Shown here one piece after another: positions 40,392 to 49,681 of a stretch of 64,000 nucleotides of DNA. The stretch is from positions 3,714-67,713 of the forward strand of contig JBBTQI010000009.1 of the NCBI GenBank assembly GCA_038078835.1, given 5' to 3'. The notes under the pieces were generated by a model. The model made no database searches. It was not told the origin of the DNA and was given only the letters and a program-made list of their open reading frames with translations. This stretch comes from Patescibacteria group bacterium. GTDB lineage: Bacteria; Patescibacteriota; UBA1384; XYA2-FULL-43-10; 1-14-0-10-43-13. A program made the position numbers and the translations under genes. Position 1 is the first letter of the stretch, and the number at the start of each line of letters is the position of its first letter.

Positions 40392-41189
40392 ATGAATGAG
40401 AGATCAGGCACACTTTTTATCGTTGCCACGCCGATCGGCAACTTGGAGGACATTACGCTTCGGGCGATTCGGGTCTTGCAGGATGTTGACCTGATTGCTT
40501 GCGAGGATACGCGAGTGACGCGGCATCTCTTAGATCACTTTGAGATCAAAACACCAACAGTGTCATATTTTCAGCACTCTAAATTATCGAAGATCGACTA
40601 CCTGATATCGGAGCTGCGGTCGGGCAAAGATATCGCCTTAATTTCCGATGCCGGCACACCGGCAATCAGCGATCCGGGACAGGAGTTAATTGCTAACATT
40701 CGTCAGGCTTGTCATTCTGAACCCTTCGGCCTTACTCAGGGTAAACTCCGTGAAGAATCTAGGTCGCCAAAGGCGACCGTAAATAAGAGTGCGGCTTCGC
40801 CTAGATCCTTCGCTAACGCTCAGGATGACATCAGGGTGGTGCCCATCCCCGGCCCGTCGGCTTTGACGGCGGCGGCGAGTGTCTCCGGTATGATCGAGAA
40901 AGAGTTTTACTTTGCCGGGTTTTTGCCCAAGAAAAAGGGCCGGCAGACAGAATTAAAGAAACTATCGAAGCTCGATGTGCCGATTATAATGTACGAATCA
41001 ACTTTAAGGTTAGAGCGAACGCTTGCCGATATTAAAACGTATTTTGATGACAAGACCGAAGTCTTTGTTGCTCGAGAAATGACCAAAATGTTTGAAGAGT
41101 ATTGGGGCGGGAAGATAGATGAAGTCTTAAACGATCTCAAGAGTCACAAGTTAAAAGGTGAGATTGTGTTGGTGGTCAAGAAATTATAA
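40392..41189 (+). CDS. rsmI: 16S rRNA (cytidine1402-2'-O)-methyltransferase RsmI, with a ~40-aa in-frame insertion
   Basis: 'GTLFIVATPIGNLEDITLRAIRVLQDVDLIACEDTR...' and 'VVPIPGPSALTAA'. The insertion 'CHSEPFGLTQGKLREESRSPKATVNKSAASPRSFANAQDDIR' at ~40710-40835 contains the hairpin 'ctaggtcgccaaaggcgacc'. Confidence 0.8.
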   Translation: MNERSGTLFIVATPIGNLEDITLRAIRVLQDVDLIACEDTRVTRHLLDHFEIKTPTVSYFQHSKLSKIDYLISELRSGKDIALISDAGTPAISDPGQELIANIRQACHSEPFGLTQGKLREESRSPKATVNKSAASPRSFANAQDDIRVVPIPGPSALTAAASVSGMIEKEFYFAGFLPKKKGRQTELKKLSKLDVPIIMYESTLRLERTLADIKTYFDDKTEVFVAREMTKMFEEYWGGKIDEVLNDLKSHKLKGEIVLVVKKL

Positions 41190-41223
41190 GTCGTATAGGA
41201 CATATAAGACGTATAGGGTGTAT

Positions 41224-41742
41224 ATGTACAAAGATTTGAAAACTTACCAGAATACAGTAATCATCCATGACTTTACCGTTGAGTTTTGCCGGCGATATGT
41301 TGATTACAAATCCCGAACGAAAGATCAGATGGAGCAGGCGGCCAGATCCGGCAAACAGAACATTACGGAGGGGTGTGAAGCTTCCCGAACTTCCAAAAAA
41401 ACCGAGTTAAAGCTGCTTGGTGTTGCTTATGCCTCGCTGAAAGAGTTGCTGGAAGATTATGAGGATTATCTTCGCCAGCATAATTTAGCTCTTTGGGTCA
41501 AAGATTCAGAGCCAGCCAAGGCTGTCCGAGCCTTGGCATATACGACTCATAAGTCTTATATGACCTATAAGTCGTATATGGAGAAACCGGAAGAAGCTTG
41601 CAACGCGATGATATGTCTCATAAGCCAGACCACTTACATGCTGAGTAACCAAATTAAATCTCTAAAGGAGGCGTTTTTACAGGAAGGTGGTTTTACAGAA
41701 AACCTCTACAAAGAGCGTTCGGAAAGGCGAGGGCGAAAATAA
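41224..41742 (+). CDS. Four-helix-bundle protein (23S rRNA intervening-sequence protein family), flanked and interrupted by 'tataagNcgtata' repeats
   Basis: '...TYQNTVIIHDFTVEFCRRY...ARSGKQNITEGCEASRTSK...' resembles PF05635. The repeats lie at 41176-41220, 41536-41581 and 41741-41780. Confidence 0.55.
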   Translation: MYKDLKTYQNTVIIHDFTVEFCRRYVDYKSRTKDQMEQAARSGKQNITEGCEASRTSKKTELKLLGVAYASLKELLEDYEDYLRQHNLALWVKDSEPAKAVRALAYTTHKSYMTYKSYMEKPEEACNAMICLISQTTYMLSNQIKSLKEAFLQEGGFTENLYKERSERRGRK

Positions 41743-41781
41743 GACCTATAAGACATATACGTCCTATAAGTCGTATAATTA

Positions 41782-42444
41782 GTGGAAAAAAGTATGGTTA
41801 CAAATTTAATCGACATCTTAGCCAACTTTGTGGTTAACACCATCGACATGATTGGCTACTTTGGCATTTTTATTCTGATGCTGGTGGATTCGGCCGGGAT
41901 TCCTATGCCCTCGGAAGTTATAATGCCCTTTTCGGGCTTTCTGGTGGCCGACGGCCGGATGAATTTTTGGGCAGTTGTCCTGATTGGGACACTTGGCAAT
42001 CTTGTTGGCTCCCTCTTGGCGTATTGGGTTGGCTGCAAGGGCGGGCGACCGTTGATTGAAAGGTACGGCAAGTATATTTTGATCTCCAAACACGACCTTG
42101 ACTTGGCTGACCGCTGGTTTAAGAACTACGGTAACGCGACAACTTTTTTCGGCCGCGTCTTGCCGATTGTCCGGACATACATCTCCTTTCCGGCTGGCAT
42201 CGCCCGGATGAATATTTGGAAATTCTCGCTCTACACCTTTTTGGGCGCCCTGCCCTGGTGTGCCGCCCTGACATATGCCGGAGTCAAGATGGGTAGTAAT
42301 TGGGAGTTAATCCGCGAGAAACTCCATAACTTTGATCTCTTAATCGCTGTCCTCATCATCGCCTTTGTCGCACTCTGCGTCTGGCGACACATCAACACGA
42401 AAAATCGTGCAAAAAACCTTGACAGAAGCGATAAAACAGTGTAA
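41782..42444 (+). CDS. DedA/SNARE-associated family membrane protein
   Basis: 'FGIFILMLVDSAGIPMPSEVIMPFSGFLV...FFGRVLPIVRTYISFPAG' is the DedA signature. Confidence 0.8.
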   Translation: MEKSMVTNLIDILANFVVNTIDMIGYFGIFILMLVDSAGIPMPSEVIMPFSGFLVADGRMNFWAVVLIGTLGNLVGSLLAYWVGCKGGRPLIERYGKYILISKHDLDLADRWFKNYGNATTFFGRVLPIVRTYISFPAGIARMNIWKFSLYTFLGALPWCAALTYAGVKMGSNWELIREKLHNFDLLIAVLIIAFVALCVWRHINTKNRAKNLDRSDKTV

Positions 42445-42561
42445 TATATTGACCAGTTGGCTCATGTGAGCCTGATTGCCTCGCCTTGCACCGTGCTTAG
42501 CGCTGGTGTAAGGCGAGCATCGTTCGTACGAGGAGGCGTACCTCTCAAACGCAGAAATGGG

Positions 42562-43246
42562 ATGACGACGATGGCAAAGACCATTGATCGCGTTCTCGAC
42601 GAAGTCAAGCCGAAGGCCAGCCAGATCGGAGATCTGGCGATGCACGGCGCTCTTAAGAGTGGCTTGTCCGCAGAAGACCTCCAGCGCGTCATCGAACGCG
42701 GCGGGGAGTTCCAGGACGCCATCCAGCCGATCCTTTGGCGCCTCGGTGCCGCTGTAACCCTGGTGGACTCCGATCTGCTTCAGCCGGTCACGTTCGTGCC
42801 GGTCGAGGGCACCGAGTCCTTCAAGGCTGGCGAGCACTTCAAGCGGGGCACCACCGACAGTGTAGTCATAGGCTACGTCGGATCGAACTTCGAGGCCGCG
42901 TTCGGGGGCAAGGTGGAGACCAACATCCCGAAGGCAAACTTGCGCATCCACCGGCTTCGCCAGAGCAGCATCGACGCCCCGATCATTGCTGGGCTCGGCG
43001 GCGAGGCGCAGGTCGAAAACCAGCCTGGCCCACCTCTGGGAGCTGCTGAAGCTCCAGGGCCACGGGCAGGAAGGTGTCCTGCTCACCAACGGGTGGGCGA
43101 ACATCTTCTACATCCGCGACTCGAACGGGATCCTCTGGGCGGTCTACTGCTGCTGGTACTCCGGCGCCGGCTTCTGGTGCGTCGAAGCCAATCCGGTCAC
43201 GTATCCGTTCAGGTGGGGCGATGGCTGCCGGGTCGTCTCCCGCTGA
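42562..43246 (+). CDS. GC-rich hypothetical protein carrying a DGR variable repeat at its C-terminus (probable frameshift at an A4 run, 43016-43019)
   Basis: Frame 1 is protein-like up to '...GGEAQVEN'. Frame 2 is protein-like from 'SLAHLWELLKLQGHGQEGVLLTNGWANIFYIRDSNGILWAVYCCWYSGAGFWCVEANPVTYPFRWGDGCRVVSR*'. Deleting one A merges them. The start codon is uncertain. Confidence 0.5.
43135..43243 (+). repeat. DGR variable repeat (VR2)
   Basis: 109 nt, collinear with 43610-43718. All 17 nucleotide differences fall where the downstream copy has adenine: TAC/TGC/TTC/GGC/TAT/CGG here versus AAC/GAC/AAT/CAG downstream. Confidence 0.75.
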
Positions 43247-43298
43247 TTCTTAGCGCTTTGAGCCTAGTGCTCTGGCGCTCTGAATCTTTAACTCTCTC

Positions 43299-43315
43299 CG
43301 CCGCGAAGCGGCGGT
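43299..43315 (+). promoter_or_regulatory. GC-rich hairpin downstream of VR2 (candidate DGR homing-enhancing stem-loop)
   Basis: 'ccgccgc-gaa-gcggcgg' is a 7-bp GC stem with a GAA loop, ~55 nt after the VR. It is analogous in form to the hairpin that follows Bordetella phage DGR VRs. Confidence 0.4.
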
Positions 43316-43609
43316 CGACACAGGTGGCTCTTCCCAGCTCTCTTTGGAGGGTAGCGGAAGGGCCACCTTTTCTGTTAATGTGAGTGCAGGAATCGTAAAG
43401 CGCAACGGCTACGGCTTTTGCCTACGTTCTTAAGTCTTTATTCTCCCAGAATTGCTTCGGGCACGCCTTAAGCAAGAGCGGTTACTAAGGATTTTCAAAA
43501 AATGAAATGAATCGGTGCTAACTATTGGCAGACTTTTAGGTCTCAAATAAAATACAGCAAAGCGAAGCAATTTGTTTGCGGTGATTACAGAGGATAGTTA
43601 GTACATTAT

Positions 43610-43718
43610 CTGGGCGGTCAACTGCAACTGGAACTCCGACGCCGGCAACTGGAACGTCGAAGCCAATCCGGTCACGAATCCGAACAGGTGGAACGATGGC
43701 AACCAGGTCGTCTCCCGC
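43610..43718 (+). repeat. DGR template repeat (TR2), adenine/AAC-rich
   Basis: It encodes 'WAVNCNWNSDAGNWNVEANPVTNPNRWNDGNQVVSR'. The VR encodes 'WAVYCCWYSGAGFWCVEANPVTYPFRWGDGCRVVSR'. Confidence 0.75.
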
Positions 43719-43980
43719 AACTCATTTCTTTTCTTCCACTCCGGTGGAAGTTTTTGATATCAAACCTTTTCGCCAACCCCCAACCATTCTGCCAATCTCG
43801 TTAAACTGTTCAGAGACGGCAATGTATTTTTTGTTATCCAGCGCTTTGATTTCCCAAGCAACCAGTCAATCATATTCGGGTTTGCTGGGGCATGGCAATG
43901 GCTATAAGATTGGGTAAAAAATTGATTTGAGGGTAAAGCGCTTATTGTAGATTAAGCCTGATTTTGATAGGATTTCATTA

Positions 43981-45549
43981 ATGAGCAAGAAATATTATAT
44001 TACAACCCCAATTTATTACGTTAATGATGTCCCGCACGTCGGTCATGCTTACACCACTATTGCGGCGGATGTTTTGGCGCGGTATCACCGGGAAAAAGGC
44101 GAGGAGGTCTTTTTTTTGACCGGCACGGACGAGCATGGGGCCAAGATTGCCGAGGCGGCGGAGAAGGCCGGCAAAGAGCCTAAGGCTTTTGTCGATGAAC
44201 TGGCGCCGAAGTTCCAAGAGGTTTGGAAGAAATTAAATATTAATTATTCCGAATTTTTTAGAACGACCAATCCCGAGCACGAGAGGCTGGTGCAGGAGTT
44301 TATCGGGCGGGTTAATAAGGCCGGTTACATCGAGAAACGGCAATACACCGGACTCTATTGCATTGCCTGCGAGCGGTATTATCGCGAGGATGAGTTAATC
44401 GACGGCAAGTGTCCAGATCACAAGCGCGAGCTCGTCAGGCAATCAGAGGAAAATTATTTCTTTCTTTTATCCAAATTTGGAGATCAATTACTGGAAAAGA
44501 TCGAATCTGGTGAGATGGAGATCGGGCCGGAGACGCGCAAGAATGAGATCGTCAGCAAGATAAAACTGGGTCTGGAGGATATCAGTATTTCCAGAGCTAA
44601 TGTTAAGTGGGGCATTCCTTTTCCCGGAGACGAATCTCAAACTATTTATGTCTGGTTCGATGCACTGCTAAATTATTGGACGGCGACGAAGATCTACGGC
44701 CAAGATAAGGGGGACAGTCCCCAGGCTGCAAAGGGGACAGTCCCCGGACCGGAATGGCCGGCGGATTTGCACTTGATGGCCAAGGACATTTTGTGGTTTC
44801 ATGCCGTGATTTGGCCGGCGATGCTCCTTGCGGCCGGTGAGGCTGTGCCTAAAAAGGTCTTTGCTCACGGCTTCTTCACTATCAACGGTCAAAAGATGAG
44901 CAAGACACTGGGTAATGTCATTAACCCCAACGAAGTCGTCGACAAATTCGGCGCCGATGCCGTTCGCTACGCCCTTCTGCGCGAATTCCCCTTTGGCGAA
45001 GACGGCGATATCTCGGTGGAGAAGATCGGCGAGCGCCATAAAGAGCTGGCGGATACCTTGGGGAATTTACTTCAACGTACTGTCGTGATGATTAATAAAT
45101 ATCAAGTCCATACCACCTCTAGCCCCTCCTACCCTAGGAGGGGAAATGGGGAGATTGACCCAACCCATTCTTCCCTCCCTAAGATAGGTAGTCTATCTTC
45201 CGATTCCTCCCCTAAGATAGGGGAGGCTAGGTGGGGTATGAGTATTAACTTAGATATTGAATCATCGCAATTTTCTCGCGCTTTGGAGAAGATCATGACT
45301 TTTGCGGCGAAGCAGAACCAATTTATTAATGAGAAAGCGCCGTGGGTTTTAGCCAAAGAAGGCAAAACGAATGAAATTAAAGAGGTTTTAAGTGCAGTTT
45401 ATGGTAACCTTATGATAATATCGGAACTTTTCATACCCTTCATGCCCGAGACGGCTAAAAAGATGAAACAGCAGTTGGAATCATTGAAACCCGAGCCGTT
45501 ATTCCCCAGAATCGACTTAGATAAAACACAGATGATGAAAGCAGATTAA
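43981..45549 (+). CDS. metG: Methionyl-tRNA synthetase (short form), with a ~45-aa in-frame palindromic insertion
   Basis: 'PIYYVNDVPHVGHAYTT' (HIGH) and 'KMSKTLGNV' (KMSKS). The insertion at ~45115-45245 encodes 'SSPSYPRRGNGEIDPTHSSLPKIGSLSSDSSPKIGEARWGM'. Its 41 nt at 45201-45241 are nearly identical to ksgA 32000-32040. Confidence 0.9.
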   Translation: MSKKYYITTPIYYVNDVPHVGHAYTTIAADVLARYHREKGEEVFFLTGTDEHGAKIAEAAEKAGKEPKAFVDELAPKFQEVWKKLNINYSEFFRTTNPEHERLVQEFIGRVNKAGYIEKRQYTGLYCIACERYYREDELIDGKCPDHKRELVRQSEENYFFLLSKFGDQLLEKIESGEMEIGPETRKNEIVSKIKLGLEDISISRANVKWGIPFPGDESQTIYVWFDALLNYWTATKIYGQDKGDSPQAAKGTVPGPEWPADLHLMAKDILWFHAVIWPAMLLAAGEAVPKKVFAHGFFTINGQKMSKTLGNVINPNEVVDKFGADAVRYALLREFPFGEDGDISVEKIGERHKELADTLGNLLQRTVVMINKYQVHTTSSPSYPRRGNGEIDPTHSSLPKIGSLSSDSSPKIGEARWGMSINLDIESSQFSRALEKIMTFAAKQNQFINEKAPWVLAKEGKTNEIKEVLSAVYGNLMIISELFIPFMPETAKKMKQQLESLKPEPLFPRIDLDKTQMMKAD

Positions 45550-45590
45550 CACAGATAATTATCCGCGTGTATTTGCGTTTGTGATTTGCG

Positions 45591-46469
45591 ATGTTATCTA
45601 CGTTAATTAGTGTTACCCCGGAGGGATTAATGTTAACAGTTCTCTTTGCTTCGATCGGTTATGCTGGAGCGGTTGTCACCGATAAGGTCATCTTAAGCAA
45701 AAATAGGGTGCCGGTAATGCGTTTTATCCCGCTCCTCTTTATCTTGTTGGCAGTTATCACCGCCCTGCTTCTGCCTCTTTTTGGCTCAATCGACTGGGCC
45801 GGTTTTCTTTCAATTAAATATTTAGCGTTCTTTACCTTAATGATCGTTGCGGCGGTAACGTGGAATGTTTTTTATTATCAGGGAATCCAAAAAGAGAATT
45901 TGACCGAATTTGAACTCATTATGCTCTTCTCGCCGCTGGCGACCGTGATGCTGGCCAGTATTTTTTTGCCGGCAGAGCGGGATTGGTCAACGCTTGGTGC
46001 CGGAGTTTTGGCTTCAGTTGCTTTGATTGGTTCGCGTTTCCGCCGTCACCACTGGGAAGTTTCACGCGCCGCTAAACGAACCATTTTGGCGATGATACTC
46101 ATGTCCTTTGAGTCAATTTTAATTAAAGAGGTACTGGCCGTGATGTCGCCGGTGATGCTGTATTTTATCCGAACAACCGTCATTGCCATCGTCTTTCTTG
46201 TGCTGTACCGGCCAAAGCTTAGTGCGCTCTCGCCAACGGCATACGGTCTCATAATTATCACGGCGATCTTTAGCACGGCAATGATGGTCCTTAAATTTTA
46301 CGGCTTTAGAGACCTGGGTGTTGTGGAAACAACCACCGTTCTTCTGTTGGGACCTTTATTTGTGTATCTTTTCTGCTATCTTTACTTTAAGGAGAGGTTG
46401 TACAAGCGCGATCTGCTGGCCGTGGCCGTTATAGTTTTATCGATATTGTACGTTCAATTCTGGCAATAA
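45591..46469 (+). CDS. Polytopic membrane protein (DMT/EamA-like permease; tentative)
   Basis: 292 aa with ~10 TM segments. No strong motif. Confidence 0.4.
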   Translation: MLSTLISVTPEGLMLTVLFASIGYAGAVVTDKVILSKNRVPVMRFIPLLFILLAVITALLLPLFGSIDWAGFLSIKYLAFFTLMIVAAVTWNVFYYQGIQKENLTEFELIMLFSPLATVMLASIFLPAERDWSTLGAGVLASVALIGSRFRRHHWEVSRAAKRTILAMILMSFESILIKEVLAVMSPVMLYFIRTTVIAIVFLVLYRPKLSALSPTAYGLIIITAIFSTAMMVLKFYGFRDLGVVETTTVLLLGPLFVYLFCYLYFKERLYKRDLLAVAVIVLSILYVQFWQ

Positions 46470-46478
46470 CCAAAGCAC

Positions 46479-46605
46479 AAATGGATAACGAATTATCCAA
46501 TTTTATCAAGCACGTTAGCGCATTAGCAGGTTAGCAAGATAGCTAGCTTGCTAGGATGCTAATTTGCTAGCAAGCTAGTGCAATTAGAGCAATTAGTCAT
46601 CCATT
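46479..46605. repeat. Compound palindromic element upstream of tatD
   Basis: The outer arms are 'cacaaatggataac' and 'gtcatccatttatg'. Inside are 'ctagcttgctag' and 'ctagcaagctag' with repeated 'ttagca'. Confidence 0.4.
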
Positions 46606-46611
46606 TATGTT

Positions 46612-47397
46612 ATGTTTATCGATACCCATTGTCATCTTAACTTTCCCGATTTTAAGAATGAGGTCTCGGCGGTGCTGGGTCGGGCGATTGAAGCTCACGT
46701 CGAGCGGATTATTAATGTTGGCGCCGATCTTGACTCCTCCAAGCGGGCTCTGGAGATTGCCAGGCGACACCCGGAGCTCTATGCCACGGTTGGCCTCCAT
46801 CCTCACTGCTCGCTTGATCTTAATATTGAGACCAGGGGGGAGCTTGTGACGCTGGCTAATCACAACAAGGTGGTGGCGATCGGCGAGATCGGTCTGGATT
46901 ACTACTATTTAAAACGCTCATCCCAGTTTGCGCGCTATCCCGGCCGCGAGGAGCAGATGTTTTGTTTTGAGCAGATGCTCGATCTGGCTCTCGAGACCAG
47001 GTTGCCGGTGATTATTCACAACCGCGAAGCCGACGCCGATGTTTTAGCCATTCTCAAAAGCTACAGCACCGGCACATTGACGGGAGTTGTGCACTGCTTT
47101 TCCGGCGATTATGATTTAGCCGAAAAGATTCTTGATCTTGGTTTTGCGATCTCCTTTACCGGCAATATCACCTATAAAAATCCGCCCATCGAGGTGATCC
47201 GGCGAATCCCCTTAGGTTCAATGATGATTGAGACAGACGCGCCCTATTTGACGCCGGAGCCGTATCGGGGCAAGCGCAACGAGCCGGCTTACGTCGTCGA
47301 AGTGGCTAAAAAAATCGCTCTTATTAAGAAGCGGAGTCTGGCTGAAGTGGAACAGGATACGACCCGCAAAGCCCAAAAACTTTTTGGTCTAAGGTAG
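46612..47397 (+). CDS. tatD: TatD-family metal-dependent hydrolase/DNase
   Basis: 'MFIDTHCHLNFPDF...' is the TatD signature. Confidence 0.9.
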   Translation: MFIDTHCHLNFPDFKNEVSAVLGRAIEAHVERIINVGADLDSSKRALEIARRHPELYATVGLHPHCSLDLNIETRGELVTLANHNKVVAIGEIGLDYYYLKRSSQFARYPGREEQMFCFEQMLDLALETRLPVIIHNREADADVLAILKSYSTGTLTGVVHCFSGDYDLAEKILDLGFAISFTGNITYKNPPIEVIRRIPLGSMMIETDAPYLTPEPYRGKRNEPAYVVEVAKKIALIKKRSLAEVEQDTTRKAQKLFGLR

Positions 47398-47493
47398 ATT
47401 ATTGCATTGACAGGAAAATTGAGACAAGATATTCTTATCTATATTACACCCGATTACACCTACACCAGAGGTTAGGGTAATAAAGGAAAAGCT

Positions 47494-47766
47494 ATGGATC
47501 ACAAACATGAAAAGACACTGATTAATTTCAAGAAAGCCAAAAGCCACATCGACAAGATTGTTAAAATGTTGGAGGAGGGCGAGTATTGTATCGATATTAT
47601 GCAGCAGAACCTGGCGGTGATGGGATTGCTCAAATCGGCCCACCAGCAGTTAATGGAGGGCCACCTTGATACCTGTTTTAAGGATGCTATGAAAACCAAC
47701 AACGATGAACGCAAGCAAAAGATGATTCAGGAGATCCTGCGTGTTTCTAAGATGGCCAACAAGTAG
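47494..47766 (+). CDS. csoR: CsoR/RcnR-family metal-sensing transcriptional repressor
   Basis: 90 aa. 'EGEYCIDIMQQNLAVMGLLKSAHQQLMEGHLDTCF' has the conserved Cys-His-Cys. It sits upstream of the copper ATPase cluster. Confidence 0.7.
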   Translation: MDHKHEKTLINFKKAKSHIDKIVKMLEEGEYCIDIMQQNLAVMGLLKSAHQQLMEGHLDTCFKDAMKTNNDERKQKMIQEILRVSKMANK

Positions 47767-47776
47767 TTCTACTTAG

Positions 47777-49240
47777 ATGTCGAAAAAAAAGAAAAAATTC
47801 CAACCTCCAAAAACCGAGGAAAATCACGGCGGCAGGGCCAGCCAAGCAGGCAAAATTACCGTTCCGATTAAGGGGATGCACTGCCGTTCCTGTGAAATCT
47901 TGATTAGTGAAAAGCTGGCCGAGGTTGCCTCGGTTAAAAATGTCCACATCAGTTATAAAAAAGGCCAAGCCGAAATTTATTCCAACGGCCCGCTTGATAT
48001 GGAGGCGGTCGCGGCGGCGGTTGCCTCAGCCGGATACGAAGTCGGAATTGATGACTCGAGGGCCTGGATTACCTCTGATCCCAAGAAGTATAAAGACTTA
48101 GCCGCAGCCCTTGCCATTCTTCTGGCGCTCTACTTTATTGCGAAAAATCTTGGACTCACCAGCATTAATGTCGGCGGCTCCGGCGGCAATCCATCAAACT
48201 TAATGGTCGTTCTTGTTATCGGGCTGACTGCCGGCATTTCAACCTGCATGGCACTGGTTGGCGGTCTGGTTCTCGGTGTCTCGGCTCGTTTTACAGAAAA
48301 GCATCCCGAAGCAACACCGGTTCAGAAGTTCCGTCCCCATCTCTTTTTTGTGGTCGGCCGCACTGTTTCTTACTTTATTCTCGGCGGTGTCATCGGTTTG
48401 GCGGGCAAAGCATTTCAGCTTTCCGGTCCGAGTTTGGGCGTTTTAACTATTCTGGTCGGTGTGGTTATGTTGGTTCTTGGCGCTCAGCTTACGGAGGTCT
48501 TCCCAAGATTGTCGAGCGGCGGCTTAACATTGCCCTCTGGTATCAGTCGGTTTTTGGGCTTAAGAAAACGCCACCACAAAGAGTACAGCCACACCAATGC
48601 GCTCATCACGGGGGCGTTGACCTTTTTCCTGCCCTGCGGCTTTACTCAGGCGATGCAGTTATACGCTATGAGTACCGGAAGCTATTGGTCCGGGGCAATG
48701 ATTATGGGAGTCTTTGCGCTGGGAACCGCGCCCGGACTTCTTGGTATCGGCGGCCTAACCTCGGTTATACAGGGTGCTTTTGCTAAAAATTTTTTCAAGT
48801 TCGCCGGACTTCTGGTTATTGCTTTGGCATTTTTTAATCTGTCGAACGGCTGGAGCCTGACAGGATGGAGGTTTCCCAACCCACTACGAAATTACACATC
48901 GAACAAAAGTACAAATATTACAAATTCTACAATCCAAGAGAAAAATGGTGTGCAGGTTGTTAATATGACCCAGGATTTATACGGCTATGCACCAGACAGC
49001 TTTACTGTCCGGCGGGGCGTGCCGGTCAAGTGGATCATTAACTCAACCGACAATCGGTCATGCGCCGCCAGTATTATATTTTCTAAATTTGGCATCAGAA
49101 AAATACTCAAGACCGGGGAGAATGTTATCGAGTTCACGCCAAACGAAACCGGTGATTTCCGCTTCTCCTGTTCAATGGGAATGTACCGCGGCGTCTTTCG
49201 GGTCATTGAAGACTCTGGTAAAGCGCTCTCGCAACGATAG
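47777..49240 (+). CDS. HMA-domain + DsbD_2-like polytopic membrane protein with a C-terminal Met-rich cupredoxin-like domain
   Basis: 'GMHCRSCE' is the heavy-metal-associated motif. Membrane-embedded 'ISTCMALVGG' and 'FFLPCGF'. C-terminal 'FSCSMGMYRGVF'. Confidence 0.5.
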   Translation: MSKKKKKFQPPKTEENHGGRASQAGKITVPIKGMHCRSCEILISEKLAEVASVKNVHISYKKGQAEIYSNGPLDMEAVAAAVASAGYEVGIDDSRAWITSDPKKYKDLAAALAILLALYFIAKNLGLTSINVGGSGGNPSNLMVVLVIGLTAGISTCMALVGGLVLGVSARFTEKHPEATPVQKFRPHLFFVVGRTVSYFILGGVIGLAGKAFQLSGPSLGVLTILVGVVMLVLGAQLTEVFPRLSSGGLTLPSGISRFLGLRKRHHKEYSHTNALITGALTFFLPCGFTQAMQLYAMSTGSYWSGAMIMGVFALGTAPGLLGIGGLTSVIQGAFAKNFFKFAGLLVIALAFFNLSNGWSLTGWRFPNPLRNYTSNKSTNITNSTIQEKNGVQVVNMTQDLYGYAPDSFTVRRGVPVKWIINSTDNRSCAASIIFSKFGIRKILKTGENVIEFTPNETGDFRFSCSMGMYRGVFRVIEDSGKALSQR

Positions 49241-49286
49241 TCGTCCGCCCTCATTTGCGAACAAGAGTGGAATCTTGACAACTCCT

Positions 49287-49320
49287 AATAATACCTATAC
49301 CATAGGTGTAGGTATTATTA
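49287..49320 (+). promoter_or_regulatory. Candidate CsoR operator (ATACC-N-GGTAT pseudo-palindrome) upstream of copZ-copA
   Basis: 'taatacctataccataggtgtaggtattatta'. It is followed by two related hairpins at 49335-49357 and 49402-49441 with 'ggtttct' loops. Confidence 0.4.
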
Positions 49321-49456
49321 CAAGAGAGCGAATACCCTGCGGTTTCTACCGCCAGGGATGAAGCGATATAAATAGTGTCGCCGCAGGCGACCACAGAGCG
49401 CAACAAAACACCCTGTGGTTTCTGCTGCAGGGTGTTTTGTTAGCGAGAGGAACTTT

Positions 49457-49666
49457 ATGGTTATCATCAATTTTTCTTTGACCGGCGCTTTTGAGTGTCA
49501 GGCTTGCACCAAACTGGTAAGTATGGAGCTGGAGGAGATTCCCGGAGTTAGGAGTGTCGAGGTTAATCTGGACGGGGCTGTCCGGATTGAATCCGACCGG
49601 GAGATCGATCTCGCGGAGATTGCCGATGCGCTTAAAGGCACGGATCATTCTTTGGCGAAGGAGTAA
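49457..49666 (+). CDS. copZ: Copper chaperone (HMA domain, CopZ-like)
   Basis: 'MVIINFSLTGAFECQAC' is a variant MxCxxC motif. RBS 'gagagg'. Confidence 0.6.
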   Translation: MVIINFSLTGAFECQACTKLVSMELEEIPGVRSVEVNLDGAVRIESDREIDLAEIADALKGTDHSLAKE

Positions 49667-49681
49667 TTCTGAAGGGCGACG

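Noticed and set aside
43250-43980. Looked for a DGR reverse transcriptase or avd gene between or after the VR/TR pairs (also 37915-38225 and 38330-38890)
   Set aside because: No ORF longer than 60 aa with RT motifs (no YxDD, no palm-domain pattern) anywhere in the window. The spacing is too short. The RT must be elsewhere or lost.
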